NCBI GenBank assembly: GCA_963745075.1 | Contig: CAVUWV010000031.1 | Coordinates: 32,001-96,000 of the forward strand | Reading direction: 5' to 3' | Length of the DNA stretch: 64,000 bases | From: Candidatus Hydrogenedentota bacterium | GTDB taxonomy: Bacteria > Hydrogenedentota > Hydrogenedentia > Hydrogenedentales > SLHB01 | Shown here: one piece after another, positions 49,662-61,685 of the stretch | Layout: each line of letters opens with the position of its first letter | Position numbering within the stretch: the stretch's first letter is position 1 | Translations under genes and position numbers: made by a program | Notes under the pieces: model-generated | What the model was told of the DNA's origin: nothing | Seen by the model: only the letters and a program-made list of their open reading frames with translations | Database searches by the model: none

Positions 49662-51390
49662 ATGGAAACGCCTCGCAACCAGGACCTGCGTGCGGTGAGA
49701 CGGCCAGGGGCCGGGGGCATTGCCCCGTCGCTGCTACTGAATCTCGCGCAAATCCCGGCATTCGCCGGCACGGTGGTCCTGTACAATCTCATTTGCGTGC
49801 AGAGCAATCTCCTTTGGCTCTACATCGCGATCTTGATTGTTGCGAGCAGGTGGTTTTTCCCCGCGGTGTGTGTGTGGGCGTTCGTCGTTACCGCCGCAGC
49901 ACCCTGGATTGCCGGCGAAATGCAGGTCACGTTGCTGGGCGGGCAACTCCTTATCGTGCTTGGACTATTGGCCTCGGGACGTCTCGGTTGCCCGCGGTCC
50001 CCACGGTCGGCTCCGCGGCGCGCTGCTGCGTTGGACCGGACGCAGCATTCGTAACGCGTTTCTCGTGGTGGCGGGGCTGCTTCTGCTTTGGTTGGCGTTC
50101 TTTCGTTCCGCGCCGGTCGTCCTTCCGATTGCCTGGGCGGGAACTTTGCTGGCTTTTGTCTGGAAGGCTCCATGGCCACGGGCGCGCCATTCGTCGAGTT
50201 GGCGGCAAACGGCCGCGAATGTTGCACTGCTCGTGATGACGTTGCTGGTGTGCCTTGCCGGTCTGGAATTTGCCGCCCGGCGATTGTATCCCCCGCCCCC
50301 GATCAAACAGTCGGCCCGGGCGGGTTTTGAAACGCATCCGCAGGCTCTTTGGACGCTCCGGCCGGGCCGCAGCGACACGTACACGACCATGCCGAAAGAA
50401 GGCAAGCCGAAGGAATTCGAGGTGACCGTCTCTTCCCAGGGACTGCGGGAACGGGAACTGGGCCCCAAGGGCGCGGACGAATTCCGCATTGTGGCGTTGG
50501 GAGACTCGTTGACTATGGGGTGGGGCGTCTCCCACGACCAAGCCTATCCCTATCAATTGGAGGAACTGCTCAACACGCGGATCCCCTCGAAACACATCAC
50601 GGTGATCAACGCCGGCGTGGCGGGGTATGGCCCTTGGCAGGAACGGATCTTCTTGGACGAGCGGTGCATGACGCTGGAGCCGGACCTGGTAATTTTGCAG
50701 GTCTATCCCGAGAACGACGTGCAAAACACGCTGAATCGCACGGGCGACTATCTGGAGTCGTACAACCGGAGCTGGGAAGAGATGGTGTTGTACTGGCGCT
50801 ATGAGGCCGACTGGCGCATGCAGGCGGATTGGTGGCTGTTAACGAATTGCCGCCTTTACTCCCAGTTCCGGATCGCTACCGGCGCGCAGTGGGACATGAC
50901 GCAGGTCCTGCGCGATGTGCGCTGGCTCCCGCCGTTGCGTATCCCAAAACTGCCGCCGAAAGCGCCGCGCCCCTTCGCGCTGGAGATGATGCTGGACCAG
51001 TGGTACCCGCAGCTCACCACTAGCTGGAATCTCATGAAGACCGACATCCGCGGGATTCGCGACGAGTGCATGGCCCGAAAGATCGGTTTCTTCGCGTTTT
51101 GCCTACCTTCATGGACCGAGTTGCCGGACACGATGTGGACGGACACCGTCAGTGAGGCGCAAGGGCACCCGGCCTACGAGCGGTTCAAGGATGTTCGCGT
51201 GTGTGAATCGTTTTTCGAGGAAGCGTCTATTCCCTATACGAACGTTACCGCGTGGATTAAGGAGCATGGACCACCGGATCGACTCTATATGATGGACGGC
51301 CACTTCAACCCCGAAGGCAATCGCGTCCTCGCCGAGCGTCTGGCAAACGTCCTGACGAGGAAAGTGTTGCCGGAATATGGGTTGCCGTGA
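49662..51390 (+). CDS. Membrane-anchored SGNH/GDSL hydrolase, frameshift near 50000
   Basis: N-terminal TM helices; LGDS.T.G, NAGVAGYG, END, DGHFN. Confidence 0.75.
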
Positions 51391-51692
51391 GAGTCCTCGA
51401 CGGGCGCCCTATCGAGTACTTGCCTCCCCCCCGATCCGCTTGATATAACAACCCTTGCGCCGGCTGCGGAGTCCGGGCGCGTGCCCGAGGAGACGGGAGC
51501 CACATCAAATCGGGAAAGGGTTGCGGCGAGCCAGTAGGGTCGGTCTGTGCAATCAAGGTCTTCAGTTACGGCAGGCAAAACAGGCGCGTTGGATCTTTGG
51601 GCTTGGCATCGTCGATGGGAATGAAGAATTAACGCGGCTGGAAGCCGCGTCTACTTGGGGTTTGATCATCTACACGCACAAAGGAGTCCCGC

Positions 51693-52934
51693 ATGAATAC
51701 GGTCACCGGAGATAAGGTCCAAAAAGCGGCCAAAGCGGCCTTGGAAGCTGGGGAAGGATTGTTGCGGCTGGCGCCGACGTGGGTGCCGCGGTCGTTCCTG
51801 CAACCGGGTCGCCGGTTGAAATTGCATCCCGACGATTATTACGCCTTAGGCAAAGATCGGGGCGGCATCGATGAGCGTTGGTTCGCCTCGACTACGGCGG
51901 CCGACAACGAGGGTGCGCCACCCGACGAGGGGCTGAGCTATGTGGTCCAGGACGGCGCGCGCTTCACGCTGAAGGACGCGGTCGCGAGCCTCGGCGCGGA
52001 ACTCATCGGCGACGCCATCTGGAACAAGTACAAGCGGTGGCCGGTCTACAGCAAGTTCTTCGACAACATGGGGCCTATCCCCCATCACCACCATCAAAAC
52101 GCGGAACAGGCTGCCCTAGTCGGCCGGGAAGGCAAGCCCGAATCCTACTATTTCCCGCCGCAATTGAACGCCATCGGCAACAATTTCCCGTACACGTTCT
52201 TCGGTCTCGAACCGGGCACGACGAAGGAAGACATCGTGCGTTGCCTCGACCGGTGGAACGAGGGTGACAACGGGATCCTGGACTATTCAAAAGCGTATCG
52301 TTTGAAGCCGGGGACGGGCTGGTTGGTGCCTCCGTGCATTCTTCACGCGCCGGGATCGCTGGTCACGTACGAACCGCAATGGGGCAGCGATGTGTTCTCC
52401 ATGTTCCAGTCTCTGGTGGAAGGCCGCGATGTGTGGCGGGAACTCCTGGTCAAGGACATCCCGGAGGACAAACGCGACGACCACGAGTACATCGTCAATC
52501 AGTTGGATTGGGAGTCGAACGTCGACGACCACTTCAAGGACAACCATTACCTGGAGCCCATCCCCGACGGCAACACGGAAAACGCGGGCTATGTGGACCG
52601 GTGGGTCGTCTACGGCAAGGTGCACGGCGAGCAGTTGTTCAGCGCGAAGGAACTGACGGTCGCCCCGGGAGCGAAGGTGGCGATCAAAGACAATGGCGCG
52701 TCCGGCGTCATTCTCATGCAGGGTCGCGGCAAGATCGGCAACCTGCCTTTCGAATGCCCGCAGATGATCCGCTTCGGCGAGATGACGGAAGACGAGGTCT
52801 TCATCACGGAACAGCGCGCGAAGGAAGGCTACACGGTCGAGAACCTGGGCAAGGATTGCCCCTTGGTCATGCTCCGCTACTTCGGCCCGGGCGCGAACCC
52901 GCAAGCGCCGAAGGTGGGCGATTACAAGAAGTAA
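51693..52934 (+). CDS. Cupin-fold, mannose-6-phosphate-isomerase-like protein
   Basis: KFFDN..PIPHH.H, KPESYY, LHAPG, EPQ..SD; AAGGAG RBS. Confidence 0.75.
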   Translation: MNTVTGDKVQKAAKAALEAGEGLLRLAPTWVPRSFLQPGRRLKLHPDDYYALGKDRGGIDERWFASTTAADNEGAPPDEGLSYVVQDGARFTLKDAVASLGAELIGDAIWNKYKRWPVYSKFFDNMGPIPHHHHQNAEQAALVGREGKPESYYFPPQLNAIGNNFPYTFFGLEPGTTKEDIVRCLDRWNEGDNGILDYSKAYRLKPGTGWLVPPCILHAPGSLVTYEPQWGSDVFSMFQSLVEGRDVWRELLVKDIPEDKRDDHEYIVNQLDWESNVDDHFKDNHYLEPIPDGNTENAGYVDRWVVYGKVHGEQLFSAKELTVAPGAKVAIKDNGASGVILMQGRGKIGNLPFECPQMIRFGEMTEDEVFITEQRAKEGYTVENLGKDCPLVMLRYFGPGANPQAPKVGDYKK

Positions 52935-53000
52935 CCCGTTGCTTCCCAACCAGCGCCTCTTTCACATTGATGATGAACGGACTGTAAAAGGAGACGATAG

Positions 53001-54053
<1,053 letters not shown>

Positions 54054-54064
54054 GATTTATTCGC

Positions 54065-54515
54065 CCGCAGATATACGCAGATGGTCGCAGATGAAGAATG
54101 ATGAAGACAAGAAAAGGGACCCACAGACTTACGCGATAATCGGAGTTGGAATGCAAGTTCATGGGCGATTGGGCTGCGGGTTCCAGGAACCCGCATATCA
54201 GAGCGCATTCGCTGTCGAGTGTCGATTTCAAGGCGTGCCGTGCGAGCGTGAGGTCAAGTACGAGATTACGTACAGAGATGAGATTTTGGACTGTTACTAT
54301 CGCGCGGACTTTGTTTGTTACGGAGCGGTAATCGTCGAGTTGAAGGTCGTTGAGGAATTGACGGATAAGCACCGCAGCCAAGTCATCAATTATCTGAAGG
54401 TATCGGGATTGAAACGCGGAGTTTTGATGAATTTTGCGAACGAGCGTTTGGAATATGAGCGCATCGTGTTGGATTATTCCGATTCTTAATCTGCGAACAT
54501 CTGCGTAATCTGCGG
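54065..54515. mobile_element. GxxExxY gene bracketed by inverted (CGCAGAT)x3 arms
   Basis: CCGCAGATATACGCAGATGGTCGCAGAT(G) ... (TA)ATCTGCGAACATCTGCGTAATCTGCGG; arms overlap the start and stop codons. Confidence 0.7.
54091..54489 (+). CDS. GxxExxY protein (PD-(D/E)xK nuclease superfamily)
   Basis: VH..LG.GFQEPAY, RADF, IVELK, QVINYLK, G.LMNF; lower GC than neighbours. Confidence 0.93.
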   Translation: MKNDEDKKRDPQTYAIIGVGMQVHGRLGCGFQEPAYQSAFAVECRFQGVPCEREVKYEITYRDEILDCYYRADFVCYGAVIVELKVVEELTDKHRSQVINYLKVSGLKRGVLMNFANERLEYERIVLDYSDS

Positions 54516-54531
54516 ACAGGAGGTTTTCGTT

Positions 54532-55674
54532 ATGGCGAAGAAGAAGTTGAACGTGGCCATGATTGGCTATGGGTTTATGGCGCGGGCGCATTCGAACGCG
54601 TATCTGAAGGTGAATCATTTCTTCGATCTCGACTATGAGCCGGTGCGGAAGGTGGCCTGTGGCCGGGATGCGGAAAAGGTGAAGGCCTTCGCGGATCAGT
54701 GGGACTATGAGTCCACGGAAACGGACTGGCGCAAGGCGATCGAGCGGAAGGACATCGACGCCGTCGACATCTGTTGTCCCAACAATCTGCACCACGACAT
54801 CGCCATCGCGGCGGCCGAGGCGGGCAAGATGATCCTCTGCGAGAAGCCGCTCGCCATGAACGGCGCGGAAGGCGAGGAAATGTGCAAGGCCGTCGAGAAG
54901 GCCGGTGTGCCGAACACGGTCTGGTACAACTACCGCCGCGTGCCGGCGGTGACGCTGGCCAAGCAACTCATCGACGAAGGCCGGTTGGGCAAGATCTTCC
55001 ACTACCGCGCGGTGTTTCTCCAGGACTGGACGATCTCCGAGGAGCTACCCCAGGGCGGGCAGGGATTGTGGCGATTGGACGCGGCGGCGGCGGGCAGCGG
55101 CGTGACGGGCGATCTTCTCGCGCACTGCATCGACACGGCCCTGTGGTTGAACGGCTCCATCAGCGACGTGACGGCTATGACGGAGACGTTTATCAAGGAA
55201 CGGGTCCACACGGCTACCGGCAAGAAGCAGCCGGTCGGCATCGACGACGCCTGCGCGTTTCTGGCGCGGTTCAAGAACGGGTCGCTGGCGACGTTCGAGT
55301 CAACGCGTTACGCGCGGGGACACAAGGCGCTCTATACCTTCGAGATCAATGGCGAGCACGCGTCGATCCAGTGGGACCTTCACGATTTGCACCGGCTCAA
55401 TTATTTCGATCACCGGGACGATTCGATCGTGCGCGGGTGGCGCTCGGTCCACGTCACGGACGGTGACATGCCATACATGGACAAATGGTGGGTGCCGGGG
55501 CTGCAGATTGGCTACGAACACAGCTTCGTGCATCAGGCCGCCGACTTCCTGGAGAACATCGCGAAGAACAAACCGACGGCGCCGACGTTCCGCGATGCAC
55601 TCGAAACGCAGCACATCTGCGACGCGGTTTTGAAATCAGCCCAATCGGGTTCCTGGGAACAGGTCCCCGCGTAG
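54532..55674 (+). CDS. Gfo/Idh/MocA oxidoreductase
   Basis: IGYGFM, CEKPLA, GDL.AH.ID; GGAGG RBS. Confidence 0.93.
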   Translation: MAKKKLNVAMIGYGFMARAHSNAYLKVNHFFDLDYEPVRKVACGRDAEKVKAFADQWDYESTETDWRKAIERKDIDAVDICCPNNLHHDIAIAAAEAGKMILCEKPLAMNGAEGEEMCKAVEKAGVPNTVWYNYRRVPAVTLAKQLIDEGRLGKIFHYRAVFLQDWTISEELPQGGQGLWRLDAAAAGSGVTGDLLAHCIDTALWLNGSISDVTAMTETFIKERVHTATGKKQPVGIDDACAFLARFKNGSLATFESTRYARGHKALYTFEINGEHASIQWDLHDLHRLNYFDHRDDSIVRGWRSVHVTDGDMPYMDKWWVPGLQIGYEHSFVHQAADFLENIAKNKPTAPTFRDALETQHICDAVLKSAQSGSWEQVPA

Positions 55675-55691
55675 ACCATTCAAACAACAAT

Positions 55692-55729
55692 CCGGGGAAA
55701 CCTTTTCTCAGAGGAGAAGGTTTCCCCGG
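55692..55729. terminator. Hairpin between convergent genes
   Basis: CCGGGGAAACCTT / AAGGTTTCCCCGG. Confidence 0.6.
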
Positions 55730-55778
55730 TTCCATTCCAAAAGACGTTACTACGCGCTTCGCGGGTTCGCCCGGCCGC

Positions 55779-56615
55779 CTACCACGAATCCTGGATAAAC
55801 TTGAGCCCGTTGCGGGCGACGTGCTCTTCGCTGGGGGCCATCTTGCGCCAGATGCAGGTGGCGCCCGTCACTTCGGGGAGCCAGGCACCGAAGGCTTCGA
55901 TGGTCAGCCAACCGTCATACCCCACCGATTTCAGCGCGCCGAACGTTTCGCCCCAGTGCACGTGGTCTTCGCCGGGCGTCGCGCGGTCGTTGGCGGAAAT
56001 GTGAACGTGATTGATATGCTTCCCGCCCGTCTTGACGGAGTCGGCGATGTCCTTTTCTTCAATGTTCGCGTGGAACGTATCGTACAGAATGCCGACGGAC
56101 GTGCTGTGGATGCGGTTCACCAACTCGACGGCATCCGATTCCGCATTGAGGAAGTACGTTTCAAAGCGGTTCAGCGGTTCGACGGACAGGACAATGCCGC
56201 TGTCTTCTGCATGAGCCGCGACCTTTTTGAGGCCTTCGACACACCAGTCCTTTTCCTGATCCGTAGGTCCCCGACCGATGAGTCGGCCCACCGGCGAGTA
56301 CATGGGACCGGCCACCGCGCTTGCGCCCAACTCCACCGCTTTGTCGATGCACGTCGTGAGAAAGTCGACGGCGGCTTGACGTTCTCCGGCATCCTCGCCG
56401 ATAAGGTTCGTGCCGCCGGGCAGCACGGTGGCGACGGTTCGTTCTAGCCCGAATTCATCCAGTACGCTGCTCAATTCCTTCCAGGGCGAGCCGTCCAGCA
56501 CGAACATGGGCAACTCGACCCCGTCAAACCCCCAGTCCTTGATGTTCTTCATTACCGGCACGTGCGATTCGTTCGCCGCGGCCGTCCAGAGCAACAGATT
56601 CATCCCGATTTTCAC
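55779..56615 (-). CDS. D-psicose/D-tagatose 3-epimerase family protein
   Basis: EPLNRFE, DTFH.NIEE, HVH.S.NDR, WL.IEAF. Confidence 0.88.
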   Translation of the reverse strand: MKIGMNLLLWTAAANESHVPVMKNIKDWGFDGVELPMFVLDGSPWKELSSVLDEFGLERTVATVLPGGTNLIGEDAGERQAAVDFLTTCIDKAVELGASAVAGPMYSPVGRLIGRGPTDQEKDWCVEGLKKVAAHAEDSGIVLSVEPLNRFETYFLNAESDAVELVNRIHSTSVGILYDTFHANIEEKDIADSVKTGGKHINHVHISANDRATPGEDHVHWGETFGALKSVGYDGWLTIEAFGAWLPEVTGATCIWRKMAPSEEHVARNGLKFIQDSW

Positions 56616-56699
56616 GATAGTTCCCTCCCTCGTAACGACTCGGCAGCCTAGCACAGTCTGCGGGGAATTGCCATGGTTTGATTCCCCCGTGACCTTACC

Positions 56700-56857
56700 C
56701 GTCATCCTGAGCCCTTTCAGGACTGCGCACAAAGCCGCGCAGTCCTTGCCGGAGATAGGAAGGCGGCGAATAACCGCCTTCCTTAGGAGCGGAGCGAAGG
56801 ATCTGGAATCGGTCAGGCGCCAGTGTGATGCGATCCTTCGCTGCGCTCAGGATGACG
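56700..56857. repeat. GTCATCCTGAGC-family inverted doublet with two nested hairpins
   Basis: CGTCATCCTGAGC..[insert]..GAGCGGAGCGAAGGATC ... GATCCTTCGCTGCGCTCAGGATGACG. Confidence 0.82.
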
Positions 56858-57002
56858 TTTATCTATATTCCGGGCGCGTTGGACTCCGGTGGCGTGGATG
56901 TTTTAGATTATCTCACCTCTGCTGGTGACCTCACAATTCTGCGCAGCATTGGTTCCAGTGCGTGCGTAAGCGACCCACGCGGTCAATGAAATGGAGATTG
57001 GA

Positions 57003-60000
57003 ATGAGTTTACGAAGACCCACAACCCTACTAGGAGCCGCGTTCACGTTGACGTGTCTGGCCGTGGCTTTGCTCTGTACAGCCCCGGTTTCTCACGCTGC
57101 CGACGACGGTTTCGTCCCGCTTTTCAATGGAAAGAACCTGGACGGCTGGACGGGGGACCCCCGTTTGTGGAAAGTCGAGGACGGTGAGATTGTCGGATCG
57201 ACCGACGGCGTAAAGATCGACCACAACACCTTTCTCATGACGAAGAAGGAATACGGCGACTTCATTCTCCGAGTGAAGGTGAAACTGCGCAATCACAACA
57301 GTGGGATCCAGTTCCGGAGCGAGCAACTTCCCGACTACGTTGCCGCCGGTTATCAGGCGGACGTTGCCGAGAAGACCTACTTCGGCATGCTCTACGAGGA
57401 GAAGAAACGCGGCATCATGGACTACTGGAAGGCCATGTCGCCGGAAGAGCAGGCCAAAATCGAGACGTACGTCAAGCAGGGCGACTGGAACCAGTACGAA
57501 ATCACCTGTGAAGGCGACCACGTCAAGCTCGTGTTGAACGGTCACACCACCTGCGACATCGTCGATCCGGAAGGCGCCAAGAAGGGCATCATCGGGCTTC
57601 AGCTTCACGCCGGGCCGGAGATGGAAGTCCGGTTTAAGGACATCGAGATTAAAGATCTGTCCTCCGACAAGCAGGCGGCGTTGCTTCCCGACATCGATCG
57701 CACGCGGCGCGAACGCATCGGCGCACGCGGGGAGCGATTTGTGACGCCGGACGGGTTCAGCGTGGAACAGGTCGCCACGGACGAACTGACCGGTTCCCTG
57801 ATTAATATGACCTTCGATCCGCAAGGCCGCCCCACCGTCGCCCTCGAACGGGAGGGTGTCGCGTTGTTGCTGGACGAAAACGGCGACGGCGTATACGACG
57901 CGAAAAAGATCTTCGCGGATCAGGTGAAGACGGCGATGGGGATGTTCTACCTGGGACCTGGTGACCTGCTGGTTCAGTCCGACGGTCCGCGCGGCCCCGG
58001 CATCTATCGCGTGACGGATACCGACGGCGATGACCACGCCGACAAGGTGAAGCGGATCGTGAAAGCGACGGCCGGGATGGGTGAGCATTCGCCCCACGCT
58101 ATCGTCATCGGTCCCGACGGTTACTTTTACGTGATGTACGGGAACCACTCGTACCCCGACAAGAAGCTGGATCAGGATTCGCCGTGCCGCGGGTTGCAGG
58201 AGGACTTCCTCCTGCCCAGATACGTGGACCCGCGCGGCCACGCGAACAGCATTCGTGCCCCCGGCGGCACCATACAGCGGCTTGACCCCGCGATGGAGGA
58301 CCTAGCCCAATTTTCGGGCGGGTTTCGCAACGCTTACGATTTCTCGATCACGGAGACCGGTGAGATCCTGACCTTCGACTCCGACATGGAGTGGGATTTT
58401 GGGTTGCCCTGGTATCGGCCGATCCGCGTCATTCACGCGGTGCCGGGCGGCGACTACGGCTGGCGCACGGGGTCGAGCAAGATGCCGGAATACGATGTGG
58501 ATACCCTACCGCCCATTGACGATGTAGGACGCGGGTCCCCGGTTGGGACCTGCGTCTACCAGCACGACGCCTACCCAAAGCGCTTTCGAGGCGCTTTTTT
58601 TATGGGTGATTGGTCCCGCGGGCGAATCCGTGTGATGTTCCCTGAACGGGACGGGGCCACCTTTCACGGCAAAACGCTGGACTTTCTCGTCGGCGAACCG
58701 CTGAACATTACCGACCTCGATGTGGGCCCCGACGGGTTCGTCTATTTCAGCGTCGGTGGACGCGGCACGGAAGGCGGGGTCTATCGCGTCCGGTACGACG
58801 GTCCCGGCGCGCCGGCCCCTTCAACCGAGGGTATCCTGGCCGTGCTCGATCAGCCCATGCCCCGGTCGGCATGGGGACGACTTGCCATCGAGAAGGCGCG
58901 CGAATCCATGGGAAAGGCAGCGTGGGAACACGGCTTGATAGACGCCGCGCGAAATCGGGACCTCTCGTCGGAACGGCGCATCCGGGCGCTCGAAGCGCTT
59001 CAGGTGCATGGTCCACAACCCAATCACAAACTGCTGGCGGGACTATCAAAGGATGAGGATCCGGAAGTCCGCGGATTTGCCGTATACCTGTTGGGAACGC
59101 TGCCGTGGGAGGACGTACACAAGGCGCTGACCGAAGCGTTGGGTGATGACGATTCGCTGGTCGCGCGACACGCGTGCGAGGCGTTGGTCCGTGCCGGGCT
59201 GAACAACGCCATGACCGTGGATGCCAACGACGATTTAGTGCGGGGCCTGTTTACGTTGCTCGACAATCCGGACCGCTTTGTCCGTTACGCCGCAGAGTTG
59301 GCGATGGAACGCGTTGATCGGGACGTATGGGCGCCCCTCGTCCTGAACGACTCCATTCCGGCACGTCCCCACGGGGCGCTGGTGGGATTGCTCGCCCTCA
59401 TCCACACCCAGGAAGTGTCCGAGGACTCCGACACCATCTTTACCAAGCTCACGGAGTACGGGCAAGCAAGATCTGAGCGACACGATCTTACTGGACTACC
59501 TGCGCGTGGCCAGCCTGGCATACATCCGGGATGTGGACCACGCCGATCGCAGTAGCTTCACCGGAACCATCGGTCCCCGTTTGCTCGCACGTTTTCCGAC
59601 CGAGGACCGTGCGTTGAACCGGGAGTTGCAGGTCGTGCTCGCGCACATGGAGACTCCCGGCACGATCGATGCGCTTCTGGCCTATCTGACGCCGGACAAA
59701 TCGCAGCAGGAGCAGATTCACACGGTGTATGCGCTACGCGCCATTAAAGACGGTTGGAACGCGGAACAGCGGGGCCGCCTGGTGGATTGGTTCGATCGCG
59801 GCCGTGAAATAACCGGCGCCGCGAGTATGGAAGGTTACATCAATAATCTCTGGGCCTCCACGATGGAGATTCTCCCCGACGACGAGCGGAAGGTTGCCGA
59901 GGCCCGGAAGGCGGCTGCATTGAAGAAGCGTGCCGACGATGCGCTCGCGCTGTTGGCGAAGATCGAAGGCGAATCGCCCAAAGGCGCATCCGATCTTACG

Positions 60001-60480
60001 AACATGAGCTTCGCGGAGTTGAGCGAATATCTGGAGTACGATCCCATGTCGTACCCGGGCGGCGACGTGCTCGAGCGCGGGAAGGCGGTCTTCATCAAGT
60101 CGCGCTGCGCCAATTGTCACGTTTTCGGGACCATTGGCAAGGGCGGTGGACCGGATTTATCGACGGTGGTCAGCCGTTTCCGGCGGCGAGACATTCTGGA
60201 AGCAATCATGTACCCGTCAAAGGTCATTTCCGACCAGTACGTGGGAGTGGAAATCGACCTGAATGACTTCTCGACCGTAACGGGGATGGTTGCGTCGGAG
60301 AACGACAAGACGTTGACGGTCATCACCGTGGATGGCGAACGGGTCGAGATACCGCGCGACTCGATCGAGGAGCTCCGCAAATCGGATCTGTCCATCATGC
60401 CGGAAGGGCTGCTCAACACGATGAGCCTGGGCGAGTTGGTTGCCCTCATCAATTTCCTGGAGCGCGGGTCGGACATCTGA
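57003..60480 (+). CDS. PVC-type membrane dehydrogenase: DUF1080, beta-propeller, HEAT and cytochrome c domains; frameshift near 59470
   Basis: LFNGKNLDGW, NSGIQFR, GLQLH; GFRNAYD; HEAT-like repeats; CANCH heme motif, GPDLS, SIMPEGL. Confidence 0.85.
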
Positions 60481-60501
60481 TCGAGTGTGAACGCAAAACT
60501 G

Positions 60502-60537
60502 AATCGGCCGCATGCCTCGACGGGTATGCGGCCGATT
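60502..60537. terminator. Hairpin between convergent genes
   Basis: AATCGGCCGCATGCC / GGTATGCGGCCGATT. Confidence 0.65.
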
Positions 60538-60557
60538 TGCATTCCAAACCGAATTAT

Positions 60558-61055
60558 CTATTGGGAATATCGATTGCGTGGTGTAGGGTCGGGTTTCGTG
60601 ATCATGGAGCGGCCCCGTTTCTTGTCGAGGGCCGCCAACACGCTGTTGGCTTTAGCCGTTTCGCGGGGCGACTTCTTGGATACTTCCCGTTCGATAACTT
60701 GCGCCAGCGTGCGCGCGGCGTCGCCGAACGCTTTGTTGAGTTCCATGCGGCAAACGAGACAGTAATCGGAACGCGGTTGGGCGGGGCGCTCTTTGCAGCG
60801 AAGACAGGTGCGCTCTTCCAGCGCACGCTTCTTCATGATAATGGGATCTTCCAGAAACCCCTCGACTTCGTCCGGAAGTACACCGGCGAAGGCCGCGATA
60901 TCCTCGTGCGTCTTGAGTCCGTGCTGTTCGACGGCTTCCCGAACCCGCGCACCGTCCTCCAAAAACTTGTCCTTGCAGCGCACACAGATGGGGATTCCTT
61001 CCTGTGCCGCAATGATTTTACCGCATCGCTTACAACGCGTCTGCTTATCCGCCAT
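60558..61055 (-). CDS. Zn-finger/HTH protein, YvyF-like architecture
   Basis: CKRCG...C..C, central DIA..AGV....V..FL, second C..C...C..C. Confidence 0.65.
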   Translation of the reverse strand: MADKQTRCKRCGKIIAAQEGIPICVRCKDKFLEDGARVREAVEQHGLKTHEDIAAFAGVLPDEVEGFLEDPIIMKKRALEERTCLRCKERPAQPRSDYCLVCRMELNKAFGDAARTLAQVIEREVSKKSPRETAKANSVLAALDKKRGRSMITKPDPTPRNRYSQ

Positions 61056-61647
61056 GATCCCTCAATTCCTCTGCCACCCGGTTCACTTGCCTCTCCAACT
61101 CCTCTATTGTACCTGAATTTTCTATCACCCAATCGGCCAGGGGGATTTTTTTCTCCGGAGGCGTTTGTGCCGCCACACGGCGTTTTGCTTCTTCTTCGTC
61201 GATCCCACGCCCTTCCACCAGACGCCGGATACGCAGGGAGGCGGGACAATCCACCACGATCAGGCCGCTGAAAAACTCGTCCAGACGGCCGTTTTCGGCG
61301 ATGAGCGCGGCGTCGATCAGCACGATGTCGTAGTTTTCCCGGGCCAGCGACACACATTGCGAAGCGATCTCCATACGGATCGCGGGGTGCAGGATGGCAT
61401 TGAGGCGATCGCGGGCTTCGGTATCGCGGAAAACGTACGCGCCGAGTTTTTCGCGGTCGATTTGGCCATTTGTCAGGATTTCCGATCCAAAGGTTTCAAC
61501 CACAGTGTCCACCGCCGCGCCGCCGGGTTCGATCAGTTCGTGCCCGACGGCGTCCGCATCGAGCACGGGAATTCCGCGGTCTCGGAAGAGGCGCGCCGCC
61601 TCCGATTTCCCACTTCCCGTACCGCCGGTTAAACCGTAAACCCGCAC
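61045..61647 (-). CDS. coaE: Dephospho-CoA kinase
   Basis: GLTGGTGSGKS, DAD, IDREKLG..VF, LN.ILHP, AD.VI.N.G. Confidence 0.95.
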   Translation of the reverse strand: MRVYGLTGGTGSGKSEAARLFRDRGIPVLDADAVGHELIEPGGAAVDTVVETFGSEILTNGQIDREKLGAYVFRDTEARDRLNAILHPAIRMEIASQCVSLARENYDIVLIDAALIAENGRLDEFFSGLIVVDCPASLRIRRLVEGRGIDEEEAKRRVAAQTPPEKKIPLADWVIENSGTIEELERQVNRVAEELRDHGG

Positions 61648-61685
61648 TGGTTTTGCTCCATGTGGATGTGGTTCCGGGGAACCTG

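Noticed and set aside
59440..59520. Programmed frameshifting in the heme protein, xylB or anti-sigma genes
   Set aside because: No slippery heptamer was evident; scattered single indels are better explained by sequencing error or mutation.
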